From: an uncultured Acidobacteriota bacterium
Lineage (GTDB): Bacteria > Acidobacteriota > UBA6911
NCBI GenBank assembly: GCA_963809485.1
Contig: CAWEJX010000020.1
Location: 320,001 to 384,000 of the forward strand
Direction of reading: 5' to 3'
Length of the DNA stretch: 64,000 nucleotides
In this document: positions 10,899 through 22,132 of the stretch, piece after piece
Numbering within the stretch: the stretch's first letter is position 1
Layout of the letters: every line of letters starts with the position of its first letter
The notes under the pieces: generated by a model
What the model saw: only the letters and a program-made list of their open reading frames with translations
What the model was told of the DNA's origin: nothing
Databases searched by the model: none
Made by a program: the position numbers and the translations under genes

Positions 10899-11216
10899 TC
10901 AAACACATCCTGTCGGCTTGGCGACGCCGGCCCATTTGCAGGCGGAATCCGCCGGGCCGTTTGGAAATAGGGTCCACAACTGCTTCAGACTTAAGCCCGT
11001 TTCCTTGACCAGCCTGCGGATCATGGGGCAGATTCCGTTTTCCATGTAATAGCCCCTCAGATAGTTGATGGCCTTCCAGTGGTCCTCGGTCAACTCCGTG
11101 ACCCCCTCAAAAGAGGCAAAGGCCCTGGCGATGCCCTCATGCCATCGCTCCGGCGTCTGCAGGAAACCCTTTCCGTCAACCTCGTATGTCACCCCTTCAA
11201 TTTCTATGGACGGCAT
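10899..11216 (-). CDS. DsrC/TusE family sulfur-relay protein with both C-terminal cysteines
   Basis: VDGKGFL, LTEDHWKAINYLRGYY, LFPNGP, C-terminal CKWAGVAKPTGCV (CX10C). Confidence 0.9.
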   Translation of the reverse strand: MPSIEIEGVTYEVDGKGFLQTPERWHEGIARAFASFEGVTELTEDHWKAINYLRGYYMENGICPMIRRLVKETGLSLKQLWTLFPNGPADSACKWAGVAKPTGCV

Positions 11217-11332
11217 GGCAATCACCTCTCCGCAACAATTTCTTAATTCGTGCTGTCATCATGAACGATCCGTTATCCAGCGGATCGATTCCATACTGCT
11301 TCTGCTTCTCAGTTTCAATTCCTTCCCGGTCC

Positions 11333-12946
11333 CTAATGCTCCTCCCACTGAAGGAAAGGTTCGCGAATGTCGACCATGGCGTTGACAATAAGTTCTGCCA
11401 GGCCGCCGTGATGGATATTGGACTTCTCCCGAACGCCGTAGTGTCTGAAAATGTCCCGGAACTGGTTTTTGCAGTTGAGGCACGGCGCACAAACATACTT
11501 CCGCTTCTCCGGACCGGGCTGGTCGCTGAAAGCCTCAAGGATCTGCTTGAGCTTCAACCGGCCGGCGACAATCGCCCGCCAGTCGGCAAAGTTGTTCTCC
11601 GACATGAGCACCAGTCCCCCTCCACCGCCGCAGCAGTAGTTCTCAATCCCATGGGGCGTCATCTCCCGGAACTGAGGGCAGAGGTAGCGGAGTATGCGCC
11701 GCTGAGGCTCCACAATGCCCAGGTTGCGCACGATGTTGCAAGGGTCATGCAGGGTAACCGGAAAATTGTTTTTTGAAGGATCGAACTTGATTTTGCCGCT
11801 GAAAACGATGTGTTCGAGAAACGCCATCACACTTTCCCGGCGGATGTTCAGATCGCCGATAAGAAGCCTGTCCGAAACTGCCAGCGCCGCCTTGTGCTGA
11901 TGGCCGCACTCTCCCATGACGATCTTCCCTACCTTGAGCTTCTTGGCGATCTGCGCGTGCCGGACAGCAATTTTGGCGAACTGGATATCGTCGTAAAACA
12001 GTCCATAGTTCACTCCATCGTACCCGAGCTTTTCCGAGGAAAGCGTCCACTTGATGCCCGCCGAACGGCATAGAATCGCAAACGCCGCCAGGCCTGCGGG
12101 GTAGGCGAGCATTTCTCCGGCGCTGTGCAGAAGCATTACGTCCGCGCCTTCCTCGTCCCATGGGCTCGCAACCTCGACGCCGGTGATCTCGGAAAAATCT
12201 TCATCGATGAATTGGACATTGTCTTTGGCCACACGCGGTTTCATGCCGGAGGGAGACCCGGCCTCCAGGTGCAGCACCGTCCCTTTCGCGTGCAGTTCCG
12301 GGGGCGCCCAACCCAGTTCCTGGCTGAACACCTTGCGCATCTCACGGGTCAGCAGGGCGTTGTCAACCGCCATGGGGCAGGACTGAGCGCACCTCCGGCA
12401 GAGGGTGCATCGATAGCTTAATTCGTACAGCCTGCTGAGAGTTGTCCAATTGAGGTCAACGTCGTTTCCGCCAAGCTTCGCCCGCAGCCGGCCTCCCGGC
12501 TTTGCATATTTTCCAACCAGGCGACGGAAAACCTCCGTGCGCCAGGTCGGCCGGTAAAGCGGGTTCCTGCCGCTTGCCACGTAGACCGGACATGCATCCG
12601 AGCAGGTCTGGCACCGGGCACAGTAGTCCAGAGAGAGCAGGAGGGGCTGGAGGAATGTCCAGTTGTTCTCCCGGGACAAAAGCTTTTTCATCCCGGAAAT
12701 AAATTTTTCGATGTCTTTGTTCTTTTCCGCTTCGCTCCTGCCGGCGGGGAGGTTAAGGGCAACGACGCCGTCGAGATTGCAGACAAACGCCTTCCTCTGT
12801 TCGTCGGTAAGAGTTTTCCAAAGGTTCTGCTCCTCGATCCTGTCGTAGGGCGAAGGCAGAGGCACAAGGTCGTCGACGCGTATCCCCGTGAGTACCCGAT
12901 CTCCATCCTTTGCGATATCCGCCAGTTTAAGGATTCGTTTTTTCAT
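11333..12946 (-). CDS. DsrK/HdrD-like Fe-S protein with CCG domain
   Basis: CARCQTCSDACP and CTLCRRCAQSCP ferredoxin motifs, GECGH, TLHDPCN, CCGGGGG, APCLNC. Confidence 0.85.
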   Translation of the reverse strand: MKKRILKLADIAKDGDRVLTGIRVDDLVPLPSPYDRIEEQNLWKTLTDEQRKAFVCNLDGVVALNLPAGRSEAEKNKDIEKFISGMKKLLSRENNWTFLQPLLLSLDYCARCQTCSDACPVYVASGRNPLYRPTWRTEVFRRLVGKYAKPGGRLRAKLGGNDVDLNWTTLSRLYELSYRCTLCRRCAQSCPMAVDNALLTREMRKVFSQELGWAPPELHAKGTVLHLEAGSPSGMKPRVAKDNVQFIDEDFSEITGVEVASPWDEEGADVMLLHSAGEMLAYPAGLAAFAILCRSAGIKWTLSSEKLGYDGVNYGLFYDDIQFAKIAVRHAQIAKKLKVGKIVMGECGHQHKAALAVSDRLLIGDLNIRRESVMAFLEHIVFSGKIKFDPSKNNFPVTLHDPCNIVRNLGIVEPQRRILRYLCPQFREMTPHGIENYCCGGGGGLVLMSENNFADWRAIVAGRLKLKQILEAFSDQPGPEKRKYVCAPCLNCKNQFRDIFRHYGVREKSNIHHGGLAELIVNAMVDIREPFLQWEEH

Positions 12947-13844
12947 TCCCAGCCTTTTCGGCAACCACCTCCGCCCAGTTTCTTCCTCTGCCTGGATCTG
13001 CCGTATCCCACTCAACCGACTCAGACATCAGGTCATTCAATCGTCGTTCCATCCTGCTGTCCAGAGGGGCGTCGTTCCACATCACGCTGTGGTAGGTGAA
13101 GTATTTCGCAGCGAAGTGGACCATGTTCGTGAACGGCAGGCAAATGCAGAACAAGCAGAACAGGATAACGTGCACCACGAACGGCGCAGAGATTCCCGGT
13201 GCCGCATTGAACGCAACGAATCCCCGGATCAGGCGATCGGCTTCATGCACGCGATCGCCCGAAAAAAGCCATGCCCAGGCTCCGCTTCCGAAAACCGCAG
13301 CCAGAAGAAGGAGGTTGAAATACGCGCCTGCAGAACTGAACGGGCTCAACTCCGGATCCAAATGCCGTTTCAGCAGCAGGCCAACCGCTCCTGCAATGCC
13401 AAGCAAGTAGGAGCAAAAGGCGGCCATTGAAGCAATATTCAGACATGCTCCGGAAAAAGCCGTCCTGGGTTGCGAAGGAAATGGCAGCGAAATCGCGTGA
13501 AAAAACAGCGCCGCGAAAAAGAGATAAATGCCCAGGTGAAGCGCAAAGGAAAGGGGCCAGAGAGACCGGTTATGTAAACGAATGCTGCGCAGAAAAAAGA
13601 TCTCCCTGGCCATGTAAATCAGAGGAGCAATAGTGGATTTCTCCCGCGATTTTTTCCACCATTCGTACTCTTCGAGATAGGATCCCCCGTAACTGCCTCT
13701 GGATTTTTCCCGGGGAATTGGCGCCAGCTCCCATCGAAGGTGAACCGGCTGGCGCGCAAGAACCAGCACACGCCAGAAAATCCCGATCAGAGAGAGAGCC
13801 ACCGCGCCCCATACAAAGGCAACCAGCAAAACACCTGACATCAA
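12927..13844 (-). CDS. DsrM/NarI-like membrane cytochrome b subunit
   Basis: P.HLRWELAP.P, TM helices with His (ALHLG, VVHVI, MVHFAAKY); overlaps the DsrK-like gene start. Confidence 0.8.
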   Translation of the reverse strand: MMSGVLLVAFVWGAVALSLIGIFWRVLVLARQPVHLRWELAPIPREKSRGSYGGSYLEEYEWWKKSREKSTIAPLIYMAREIFFLRSIRLHNRSLWPLSFALHLGIYLFFAALFFHAISLPFPSQPRTAFSGACLNIASMAAFCSYLLGIAGAVGLLLKRHLDPELSPFSSAGAYFNLLLLAAVFGSGAWAWLFSGDRVHEADRLIRGFVAFNAAPGISAPFVVHVILFCLFCICLPFTNMVHFAAKYFTYHSVMWNDAPLDSRMERRLNDLMSESVEWDTADPGRGRNWAEVVAEKAGNEKTNP

Positions 13845-13936
13845 AATACCTTGAATGCCTTTCTCTGCCGCCGGGATCCCAGTCAGAGATTGCCGGAATT
13901 CCCCAGCGGCTTTTCAGCAGGAGACGCCGTATCCCG

Positions 13937-14569
13937 CTACTCTTGCATAGAATCGATCATGAACTCCGCCGCCAGACGGACGCCTATGCCGGGCGGCAAA
14001 CCGCATCGCTCGAAGCCTTTCTCCGCCACAAAGGTCGCCATCGAGGCATCGCTTTGTCCGGGATTTAATTTGTGCCCGAGTATCACGGTCTCGATGATGT
14101 CCGCGCAATAAAGGTGGCCGATCTCATCCTCAAAAAACGCCATGAACTTCTGGCCCTTCATGATCGTGCGGTGCATCGCCTCCGGGTCGAGCCGGTCATC
14201 CCCTCCGTAGAAAAGGCCGAAAGCGATGAGGCTGCCCGTGATGCCCCCGCAGATCTCCCCCGAGGACGCGACGCCGGGAAAAGGAGTCAGGGCCTTGATC
14301 ACATCCATATTGCCCAGCCCGAATTCCTCCATCAGGGCAAGCGCCGTGCCCTGGGCACAGTTTTTGAGGATGAAGTTGTACTCCTCGGCCCGAAGCTGCA
14401 CACGGTCCAGGATCTCCCGTTTATTAGCCAGCATTTCCTTCGGATCGAGCTTCTTTCTGGGAATGCCTTCCGCCGAGAGCTTGCGGATCCTGGCCTGGAG
14501 TCCCTCGACATCCCAGATCCGATTTCCCAGCTCATCCGCTTTTCTCATCAGTGCGGCGTTATCTGCCAT
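13937..14569 (-). CDS. C-GCAxxG-C-C family redox protein
   Basis: NCAQGT, GEICGGITG, LYCADI, ERC cysteine pattern. Confidence 0.8.
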   Translation of the reverse strand: MADNAALMRKADELGNRIWDVEGLQARIRKLSAEGIPRKKLDPKEMLANKREILDRVQLRAEEYNFILKNCAQGTALALMEEFGLGNMDVIKALTPFPGVASSGEICGGITGSLIAFGLFYGGDDRLDPEAMHRTIMKGQKFMAFFEDEIGHLYCADIIETVILGHKLNPGQSDASMATFVAEKGFERCGLPPGIGVRLAAEFMIDSMQE

Positions 14570-14832
14570 AAAAAATCTCCTCAAACAATTCCATCATCTC
14601 CACCGGCAACCATTCTAATCTCATTTGGCAGGTATTTCAAAACAGACAGGAGAGCAAAAATCGCGCAAAAAGCTTTCTGTAACGCCAAAAATGCACGTCT
14701 GTGAACATACCGTCGTTCAGAAGTCAGACCATCTGTCGACGGTCTTTGAAACTCGCGAGATTGCGATGACCCTGATGCGCGCGCTGCAAAAGCGGCACGC
14801 GGCATCAGAGCCAAGTTGCCGCAACGGGATCA

Positions 14833-15339
14833 TTACTGCTTCGGCGGTTTTGGAGTCCCGTAGGAAGTCGACAGGGATACCTCAATAAATACAATCGGTT
14901 TCTCAGGGCTGACGTTTTTGACGCTGATTGGGCAGTGTACCTGTCCACGCGGCATCGAAACGCAGCCGGGCTTTGTGAGAACGTGCTTTTCATCGCCTAT
15001 GGTGTATTCAACGACCGCGCTGAAATCGGTTATATCCAGGGGATTGCCCCCGATAAAGCAGAGAGCTTCCTCGAAATCATGGGAATGCGGCTTATCGAAG
15101 CTTATGGGCTTCGCCAGGCAGTGGTAGCAAAAGCTGACGTTACCCTGCAACTTACCATCGCGGGCCACGATAGACGTTCCCGTATAATGCGCTATTTTCG
15201 CGTGAATATTATCTGTCAGGACGTATTTCCCAAATTTCGTGCCATCCCCTGCCTGTTGCGAAAAAGCACCAACTCCAACCCACACCATCAAGCCCGCCAA
15301 TGACATCGCAACCAGCAATATTTTGGTTCGCTTTTTCAT
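14833..15339 (-). CDS. Exported cupin-like hypothetical protein
   Basis: Sec-type signal peptide; PHSHDFEEALCFIGGNP.D...MPRGQVHCP; similar to 16909-17370 and 31779-32834. Confidence 0.65.
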   Translation of the reverse strand: MKKRTKILLVAMSLAGLMVWVGVGAFSQQAGDGTKFGKYVLTDNIHAKIAHYTGTSIVARDGKLQGNVSFCYHCLAKPISFDKPHSHDFEEALCFIGGNPLDITDFSAVVEYTIGDEKHVLTKPGCVSMPRGQVHCPISVKNVSPEKPIVFIEVSLSTSYGTPKPPKQ

Positions 15340-15615
15340 GATCCTATCCTCTCTTCCCTTTGGGATTTCTTTCTCGATCTATTCTGGAATATGCCGCATT
15401 TCGCTTTCCCGATGCTTCCAGGGGCGCCAGGACGCTTCAATGACAGTGGCCGGCCGCCTATCATATCAGAATCGGAATCCGGTCACTACTGTGCCGGCGC
15501 ACGTTCGTTCGGCCTGAATGCCGGCATCGATATATTCAAAGCCGGAAACAGACCTGCCGACAGATTTTGCACCTTCTTCGAACAGCCCTCGATAGATGGA
15601 ATCCATAGGTCCGTC

Positions 15616-16533
15616 TTATGAGATCCCTTTATCTTCCAGCGCATGGATCAATTCAACCACGAATTCATGGCTGGGAACCGGGACATTGTTTCGTTTGCCT
15701 GCTGCCAGGACGTAACCGCTGATGGCATCCACTTCCGTTGTGCGCCCGTCACGAATATCCGCGTAAATCGAAGCATAGCCCCCGCGGGCATTTTCGAGCA
15801 ATGTGCGGATGTCCCTCTGGATGCTTTCTTCTTCCAATCCCATTCCCTCCGCATTGGCCACGGCTACTGCCTCCCGGACCAATCGTTCGGTTAAAAGAAC
15901 TGCCGGTCTGCTTTCCAGCAAAAAACCCAATCGGGTCTGCAAAATTGCCGTCAGCGCACTAGCGGATGCGTTAAAAAAAAGCTTCTCCCAAATCCTTCTC
16001 CGTATGTTTTCTGAGATCTCCGTTTCAATACCGCATCGATTCATGGTTTGTTCAATCGGTTTCAGCCGGTTTCTGTCGCCCGCTACGGGACCGATAAAGG
16101 TCTTCCCCGCGCCGCCATGCGAGATAACGCCTGGTTCAACGATGGAGCTGTTATGCTGTGTGGTCCCCACGATAATCTGCTCTTCAGCAGCAAATTCTCT
16201 TAAAACCGCGTCATGTCCGGATCCATTCTGCAACGACATCAGGAAGGTTGTTGGGCCCGCCAATCTGCGGCAAGCCTCAAGGGCGATCCTCGAATCCATG
16301 GCCTTGACCCAAAGCATTGCGAGTTCCATTTCCCCAAGGCCTTCTGGAGAACAGGCCGCTCTCGCGTGTGCTTGGAGGCGACTCCCGCCGGGTTCCCGGA
16401 TGGAGATCCCGTTTTTGTTTATTTCATCAACCCTCGCCTTATCCGTATCGATCAGCAAGACGTGGTTGCCCCTGGACAGATAGCCGCCGAAAAGCATTCC
16501 CATGGCGCCGGCACCTATGATTGCTATTTTCAA
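15616..16533 (-). CDS. panE: 2-dehydropantoate 2-reductase
   Basis: KIAIIGAGAMG, SLQNG.GH, IWEKLFFNA, SIYADI..GR.TEVDAI.G; TTG start at 16533 with GGAGG RBS (the longer ORF runs into a repeat). Confidence 0.9.
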   Translation of the reverse strand: MKIAIIGAGAMGMLFGGYLSRGNHVLLIDTDKARVDEINKNGISIREPGGSRLQAHARAACSPEGLGEMELAMLWVKAMDSRIALEACRRLAGPTTFLMSLQNGSGHDAVLREFAAEEQIIVGTTQHNSSIVEPGVISHGGAGKTFIGPVAGDRNRLKPIEQTMNRCGIETEISENIRRRIWEKLFFNASASALTAILQTRLGFLLESRPAVLLTERLVREAVAVANAEGMGLEEESIQRDIRTLLENARGGYASIYADIRDGRTTEVDAISGYVLAAGKRNNVPVPSHEFVVELIHALEDKGIS

Positions 16534-16551
16534 GATACCGCCTCCCGTTCT

Positions 16552-16756
16552 GATGAAAGAGGTTCCATGCGTTATAGATGTTTTGGAACCGCAGAAGGTC
16601 GAATAACGAATGATGAATCTCGAAGTGTAACGCTTGCTTCTGCAGTTCGAAATTCGACATTTGATATCCCAGTGCTTATCCTCCTGGTCATTGTCCGGAC
16701 CTGGAAACAACAAAATCCGGGATTGCCAGACTCGTACTGCCTCCCCGGCAGAGCCG
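16552..16756. repeat. Dispersed ~205-bp non-coding element, family A copy 1
   Basis: Colinear with 31456-31671 (gatgaaagaggttcca...ttggaaccgcagaa...ttgtccggacctgg...ctcgtactgcctccccggcagagccg). Confidence 0.85.
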
Positions 16757-16908
16757 CAGGATTTCCGATGCATTCGCGGCGATGAATGCACAGAGGCAGA
16801 CTTCAGGACAAGAGACGGCGTAAAAGCCCTCTGTACGCCTTGAGGGCGGGCCTGTCCCCCTGGCATCGGCAAACACATCTATCAGTCCCGTCAGGTTTCC
16901 GGGACCGC

Positions 16909-17370
16909 CTATTTCTTTTTCTTTTCCGTGATCGCTTTTTTGTATTTTTCCGTCGGCCCTGTCGCGCAGTACCAGATCGGGTGGACTATCTTTCTGAAAT
17001 ATATGGGAGCATGCTTCACGCCGGCGGGGATGAAGACGGCGCAGCTTTTTGTAAGCATGTGTTTTTCACCGCCGATCCACAGCTCCACTTCGCCGCCAAG
17101 ATCATTCGGGTCTTCAGGATTGGTGCCGAGGAAAACGAGATATTCGTCGAATTTATGATCGTGCTCTTCCGCGGGACTGCCCTGGCCGGTGATTTTTTTC
17201 CACCACGCGGCCATGAAATAATAGGCGCCGGGGACCACTTCCTCATCAACATAGATGGGGAATTTTACAAACTCCTCCATGCGCTTTTTCTCTTCCGCAG
17301 TTTGGCCGGGAGGCCCCATATTCTCTTTTGGCCTGTCAATGATGTTCTTCGCGTATTTTGATTTTGCCAT
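16909..17370 (-). CDS. Cupin-like hypothetical protein
   Basis: EHDHKFDEYLVFLGTNPEDPNDLGGEVELWIG...FIPAGVKHAP. Confidence 0.7.
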   Translation of the reverse strand: MAKSKYAKNIIDRPKENMGPPGQTAEEKKRMEEFVKFPIYVDEEVVPGAYYFMAAWWKKITGQGSPAEEHDHKFDEYLVFLGTNPEDPNDLGGEVELWIGGEKHMLTKSCAVFIPAGVKHAPIYFRKIVHPIWYCATGPTEKYKKAITEKKKK

Positions 17371-17645
17371 AGCAAAATTCCCCTTTCAGGTCCCGTTTCT
17401 GCAAACCGCGGGTCCCAGGCACGAGCAATGCACAAAGGCCCGCGAATCAGGATCCATTTTGTTCTGATGACGATAAATTGATTTTAGCCTCGCCGCTTGT
17501 CTACAGACAAACAATTTCCGCGTCCGGACGAACTCCCACATAGCCAGTTACATCCTGAAAATCAGGTTTTTTGTGGCTTCAAGCCGGGGATTATACGATA
17601 GTCTTTACTCTGCTCGAATCTGTTTATGAACCGGAGGATTTCCCT

Positions 17646-17984
17646 ATGCTCCGAATGCTGCTGCATTGGTTCGTTTCCGCCCTGGCGGTGTGGCTCACCT
17701 CTCGCGTTGTGCCCGGCTTTCAGGTAACGGGCGCAGCAGCCTCTCTGATAGCCGCCCTCGTGATCGGGTTGGTCAACGCCACCCTCGGGCTTGTTCTGAA
17801 GATCGTCACTTTCCCGCTCACCATCATCACCCTGGGATTGTTCTGGATTATCATAAACGCATTGATGCTGAAGCTTGCCTCGGCCTTTGTTCCCGGTTTT
17901 CACATACGGGGTTTTGCCGCGGCATTCCTTGGCGCGATCGTGCTCAGCCTGGTTAACATGCTGCTGAAGTGGCTGATACTGTAA
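17646..17984 (+). CDS. YvlD/DUF360 ('phage holin family 4') membrane protein
   Basis: GLVNATLG..LKIVTFPLTIITLGLF.IINALML pattern, 4 TM. Confidence 0.85.
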   Translation: MLRMLLHWFVSALAVWLTSRVVPGFQVTGAAASLIAALVIGLVNATLGLVLKIVTFPLTIITLGLFWIIINALMLKLASAFVPGFHIRGFAAAFLGAIVLSLVNMLLKWLIL

Positions 17985-18391
17985 CCGGGATGCCTCGGCG
18001 ATCCGGCACAGTTCAGGAACCACTTCGAGCCGTAAAGGCTTCTTACCGACAAGAATGTTCCGGCAGTGAATGCACTGTCGACCATTTCGCGCAGCCTATA
18101 GAATGCTCCATCGGGCGCGAAACATTCCATAGAAAGCTGACGCTCCATTTCATTGGCACATAGACGCACGCCTCAATCACAAAGGGGGGGTAAGCGGAGG
18201 AAGCGAAATACATCCTGGACATTCACCCATGAATGTTTTTTGCCCGGTTATGGCAGTCATCGTCGGCTCAATTTTCATCAGAGAATTGATATTGAGGTCC
18301 CATCGGAAAAGGCAAAGGAGGCGGTTTGATGACCGGCAAAACTGAGGCTATAAATCTGGATCTGGGCTGGTGTGGAAAAAGGAATTCAGGG

Positions 18392-21300
18392 ATGAAAAAG
18401 CCGAAATTTGCCCGCATGGCATTTGCTCGTGCTGCCGGAATTATTATTTTGTTCGCCGTCTGCATCGTGCGGGCGCAGGATCCCGGCGATGCGCTCGAGC
18501 GTGGTTTTCACAATCCGCCGGACAGCGCCAAACCGCGCGTCTGGTGGCACTGGATGAACGGAAATATTACGAAAGAAGGAATCAAACTCGACCTGGAATG
18601 GATGAAGCGAACCGGGCTGGGCGGTTTTCAAAACTTCGATGCGGCCCTGGCTACTCCGCAAATCGTCGACAAGCGGCTCAGCTATATGACGCCCGAGTGG
18701 AAGGATGCGTTTCTCTATGCCGCCACGCTGGCGGATGAACTGGGCCTGGAAATGGCCATCGCGGGATCTCCGGGCTGGAGTGAGACCGGTGGTCCCTGGG
18801 TTCCGCCCGCGCAGGCGATGAAAAAGCTTGTGTGGAGCACCACCATGGTTGAAGGCGGGAAACCTTTCAATGGCGTGCTTCCCAAACCGCCATCCACAAC
18901 CGGACCCTTTCAAAATATCCCGCGCGACGAGGGATTCAGCCTGACCGGAACAACGCCTCCGCCTCTGCCGGAGTTTTACTCCGACAGCGCCGTCATCGCT
19001 TTCCTGTTGCCCGAGGTCGATATTCCAATGCCCGAATTGGATCCCAAGGTGGCCTCCAGCGGAGGCCGGTTTGATCTTGGGATGCTGACTGACGGCGACG
19101 TAGCCAAGGCATTGTCGCTCCCGCGCGCTCCCGCCGGCGAGAAAGCGTGGATCCGGTTCGAGTTCGAAAAACCTCAAACCATACGAGCCATCACTCTGGC
19201 AACGGGAAAAGCCGCAGGAATTTTTGATCTGATGATGCCCGGAGGCGAGGTCCGACGGGAACTCGAAGCCGGCGACGATGGCATTCGGTTCCAATCGATC
19301 GTGTCGATGCCGGATGGAGGCGCAGGAGAGCGAACCGTAGCATTTCCTCCCGTCACCGCCAGGTTTTTCCGCGTCTCATTTACCGTGCTCGGAACCGGCC
19401 CGAGGCCGCCGGAATGGTTTCCAGACTCAGGTTTGGAGGGCTTTCCCGCTCTGGCACCCTCCGCCGACCACAAAATCTCCGAACTGGTCCTGCACACGGG
19501 AGCCCGCGTGAATTGGTTCGAAGACAAAGCCGCCTTCACCACCGAACCCGATTTGAACGCTTTCCCGACGCCCGACGTGCCCTCTTCAGCGGCAGTGCCC
19601 AAGGTAAGCGTAATGGATCTGACATCCAGAATGACTCCGGATGGCCGATTGAATTGGGCGCCCCCGGATGGCCGATGGGTGGTTCTTCGTATGGGCTACT
19701 CGTTGACCGGCGCACGCAACTCCCCGGCTTCACCCGAAGCGACCGGATTGGAGGTGGACAAACTCAACCGCACTTATGTCAAAGCCTACCTCGACAATTA
19801 CCTGGGTTCCTACAAAGAAATACTTGGCGGCCTGATGGGAAAGCGCGGGCTGCAATACATGATCACGGACAGCTGGGAAGCCGGCGTGCAGAACTGGACG
19901 GACGACATGATGCAGGAGTTTTTCAGGCGCCGCGCATATGATCCGCGTCCCTGGCTGCCCGTTCTTTCAGGCTTCGTGGTGGAAAGCTCCGAAGCAAGTG
20001 ATGGTTTTCTCTGGGATTTCCGAAAAACAATTGGGGATCTGACCGTAGAAAATCACTATGGCCAGATTACCGACTCCTTACGCGAGCGCGGCATGGGACG
20101 CTATACCGAATCCCACGAATCGGGACGCGCCCTCATCGCGGACGGGATGGAAGTCAAACGCAACGCGGATATTCCCATGAGCGCCTATTGGACGCCGCGG
20201 CCAGGACTGGCCGCGGAACAGCCCGGCTACAATGCCGATGTCCGGGAATCCGCTTCGGTCGCTCATATCTATGGTCAGAACCTGGTAGCCGCCGAATCGT
20301 TGACGGCAGGAAGCGGAGCCTGGGGATGGTCCCCCGAAACCCTGAAGCCGACCGCCGACATCGAGATGGCGATGGGTTTGAACCGCTTCATCATTCACAC
20401 TTCGGTTCATCAGCCTCGCTCGGATAAGGTTCCAGGCCTGGGGCTCGGTCCGTTCGGCCAATGGTTCACCCGCCACGAAACATGGGCGGAGCAGGCGCAA
20501 CCCTGGATCGCCTATCTTTCGCGGAGCTCCTATATGCTCCAACAAGGCCGGTTTGCGGCCGACATCCTCTACTTCTACGGCGAGGACTCCAACATCACGG
20601 CCCTATTTGCGAACAAATACCCTGACGTGCCTTCAGGATACAGCTTTGACTTTATCAATGCAGATGCCCTGATAAATGAATTGACCGCTTCCGGAGGATT
20701 GATCACGACACAGAGCGGCATGGCCTATCGATTGCTGTTTTTGGATCGGCGATGCCGGCACATGAGCCTGCCGGTGCTGCGCAAGATCCGCAACCTGGTG
20801 CGCGCCGGGGCAACGATTGTGGGATACAAACCTGTCGGCAGTCCCAGCCTGAGCGACGATCCGGGGGAGTTTTTGTCGATTTCCGACGAAGTCTGGCGAT
20901 CCAGAGACGGAGAATATACCTACGGAAAGGGAAAGGTTTTTTCAGGCCGGGGGCTGGAAGAAGCACTGAACACTCTTCAGCTGGCGCCGGACTTTGAGTA
21001 TTCAAAGATTAAAGGCGATACGAAATTGCTTTTTGTCCATCGTAAGCTGGCTCAGGGGGACATTTACTGGGTCAACAACCGCAACAGCCGTGCGGAGAGC
21101 GTCGATGCAACTTTCAGAGTGCAAGGAATGGCACCTGAGCATCTGGCATCCAGACACGGGAAAAATCGAGCCCGCTTCCTATAGAATCGAGGAAGGGCGT
21201 ACAACTGTCCCGTTGAGCCTCGATCCCATGGATGCGCTGTTCGTCGTATTCCGGAAGCCCGCAAAGCAACAATCCTTGAACGTGCCGAAGTCAACTGAAA

Positions 21301-21794
21301 CAGCAGTCGCTGCCCTAGAAGGCTCCTGGGATGTGAGCTTTCAGCCGGGCCGAGGGGCTCCGGAAAAGATCAGGGTCGATGCGCTGAATTCATGGGCTGA
21401 CAGCGGCGATCCGGGTATGAAATATTTTTCCGGGACAGCCGCCTATGTCAAAAGCATCCAGGCGCCTGCCGGCTGGTTCGCCAAGGGAGCCCGCCTGTGG
21501 CTGGATCTTGGCAGCGTGAAAAATATCGCGGAGGTGACCATAAACGGCAAAGAGCTGGGGATAGTCTGGAAAACACCTTTCCGAATCGATATCACGGATG
21601 CATTGAAATCCGGCGAAAATTCGCTCGAAGTCAAGGTCACAAACCTCTGGGTTAACAGGCTGATCGGCGACCTCCAGCCCGGCGTCACCCCAAAATATAC
21701 CTACACGACCCAACCATTCTATCGGGCCAATTCGCCCCTGATCCCCTCGGGGCTTCTGGGTCCGGTGCGGATCCTTAGAACCACGATTAGGTGA
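18392..21794 (+). CDS. GH106 alpha-L-rhamnosidase-like glycoside hydrolase, split by a +1 frameshift at ~21140
   Basis: PPDSAKPRVWWHWMNGNITKEGI, DSWEAG, HTSVHQP; the C-terminal part (IWHPDTG...VTNLWVNRLIGD...SGLLGPV) continues in another frame after cct gag C atc tgg. Confidence 0.85.
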
Positions 21795-22132
21795 CCGACG
21801 CGACAGCACCTATGTTGTCAGGGTCAGCCTATCAGTCTTTTCATGTTGTTTGAATGAGTACGCCTATATCTTGGCATTGTTTTGGTTGATTATGATTGAA
21901 TATAAATTAATCTGCCAATATTTGCGTAAATTTTATCGGACTCTATCAATATCAGTCATCATTTCTTCTGAATTATCTGGTGGGATAAGATGAGAATAGG
22001 CGGTCGAAGCGGGAAAAAAGGAACCGGTGGGCGCGATTTCGACACTGCCGTTCCAGAAGCAAACGGAGAAAAGGACGCCTTGAGCAGGCCGCGCTGGCTT
22101 ATGGGAAGCGCCGAAGCCGGTGCTTAAAGGTT

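Noticed and set aside
10899-13844. Evidence of dissimilatory sulfate reduction
   Set aside because: dsrAB, dsrD and dsrJOP are absent from the window; DsrMK/DsrC-like genes alone are not diagnostic.
16534-16878. 115-aa N-terminal extension of PanE
   Set aside because: It is a translation of the family A repeat; an RBS supports the start at 16533.
17646-17984. 'Phage holin' as evidence of a prophage
   Set aside because: YvlD/DUF360-type membrane proteins are common chromosomal genes; no phage structural, lysis or integrase genes are nearby.
18181-18390. Possible IS end (ggggtaagcgg...) and imperfect inverted repeats upstream of GH106
   Set aside because: No matching second end, target duplication or transposase could be identified.
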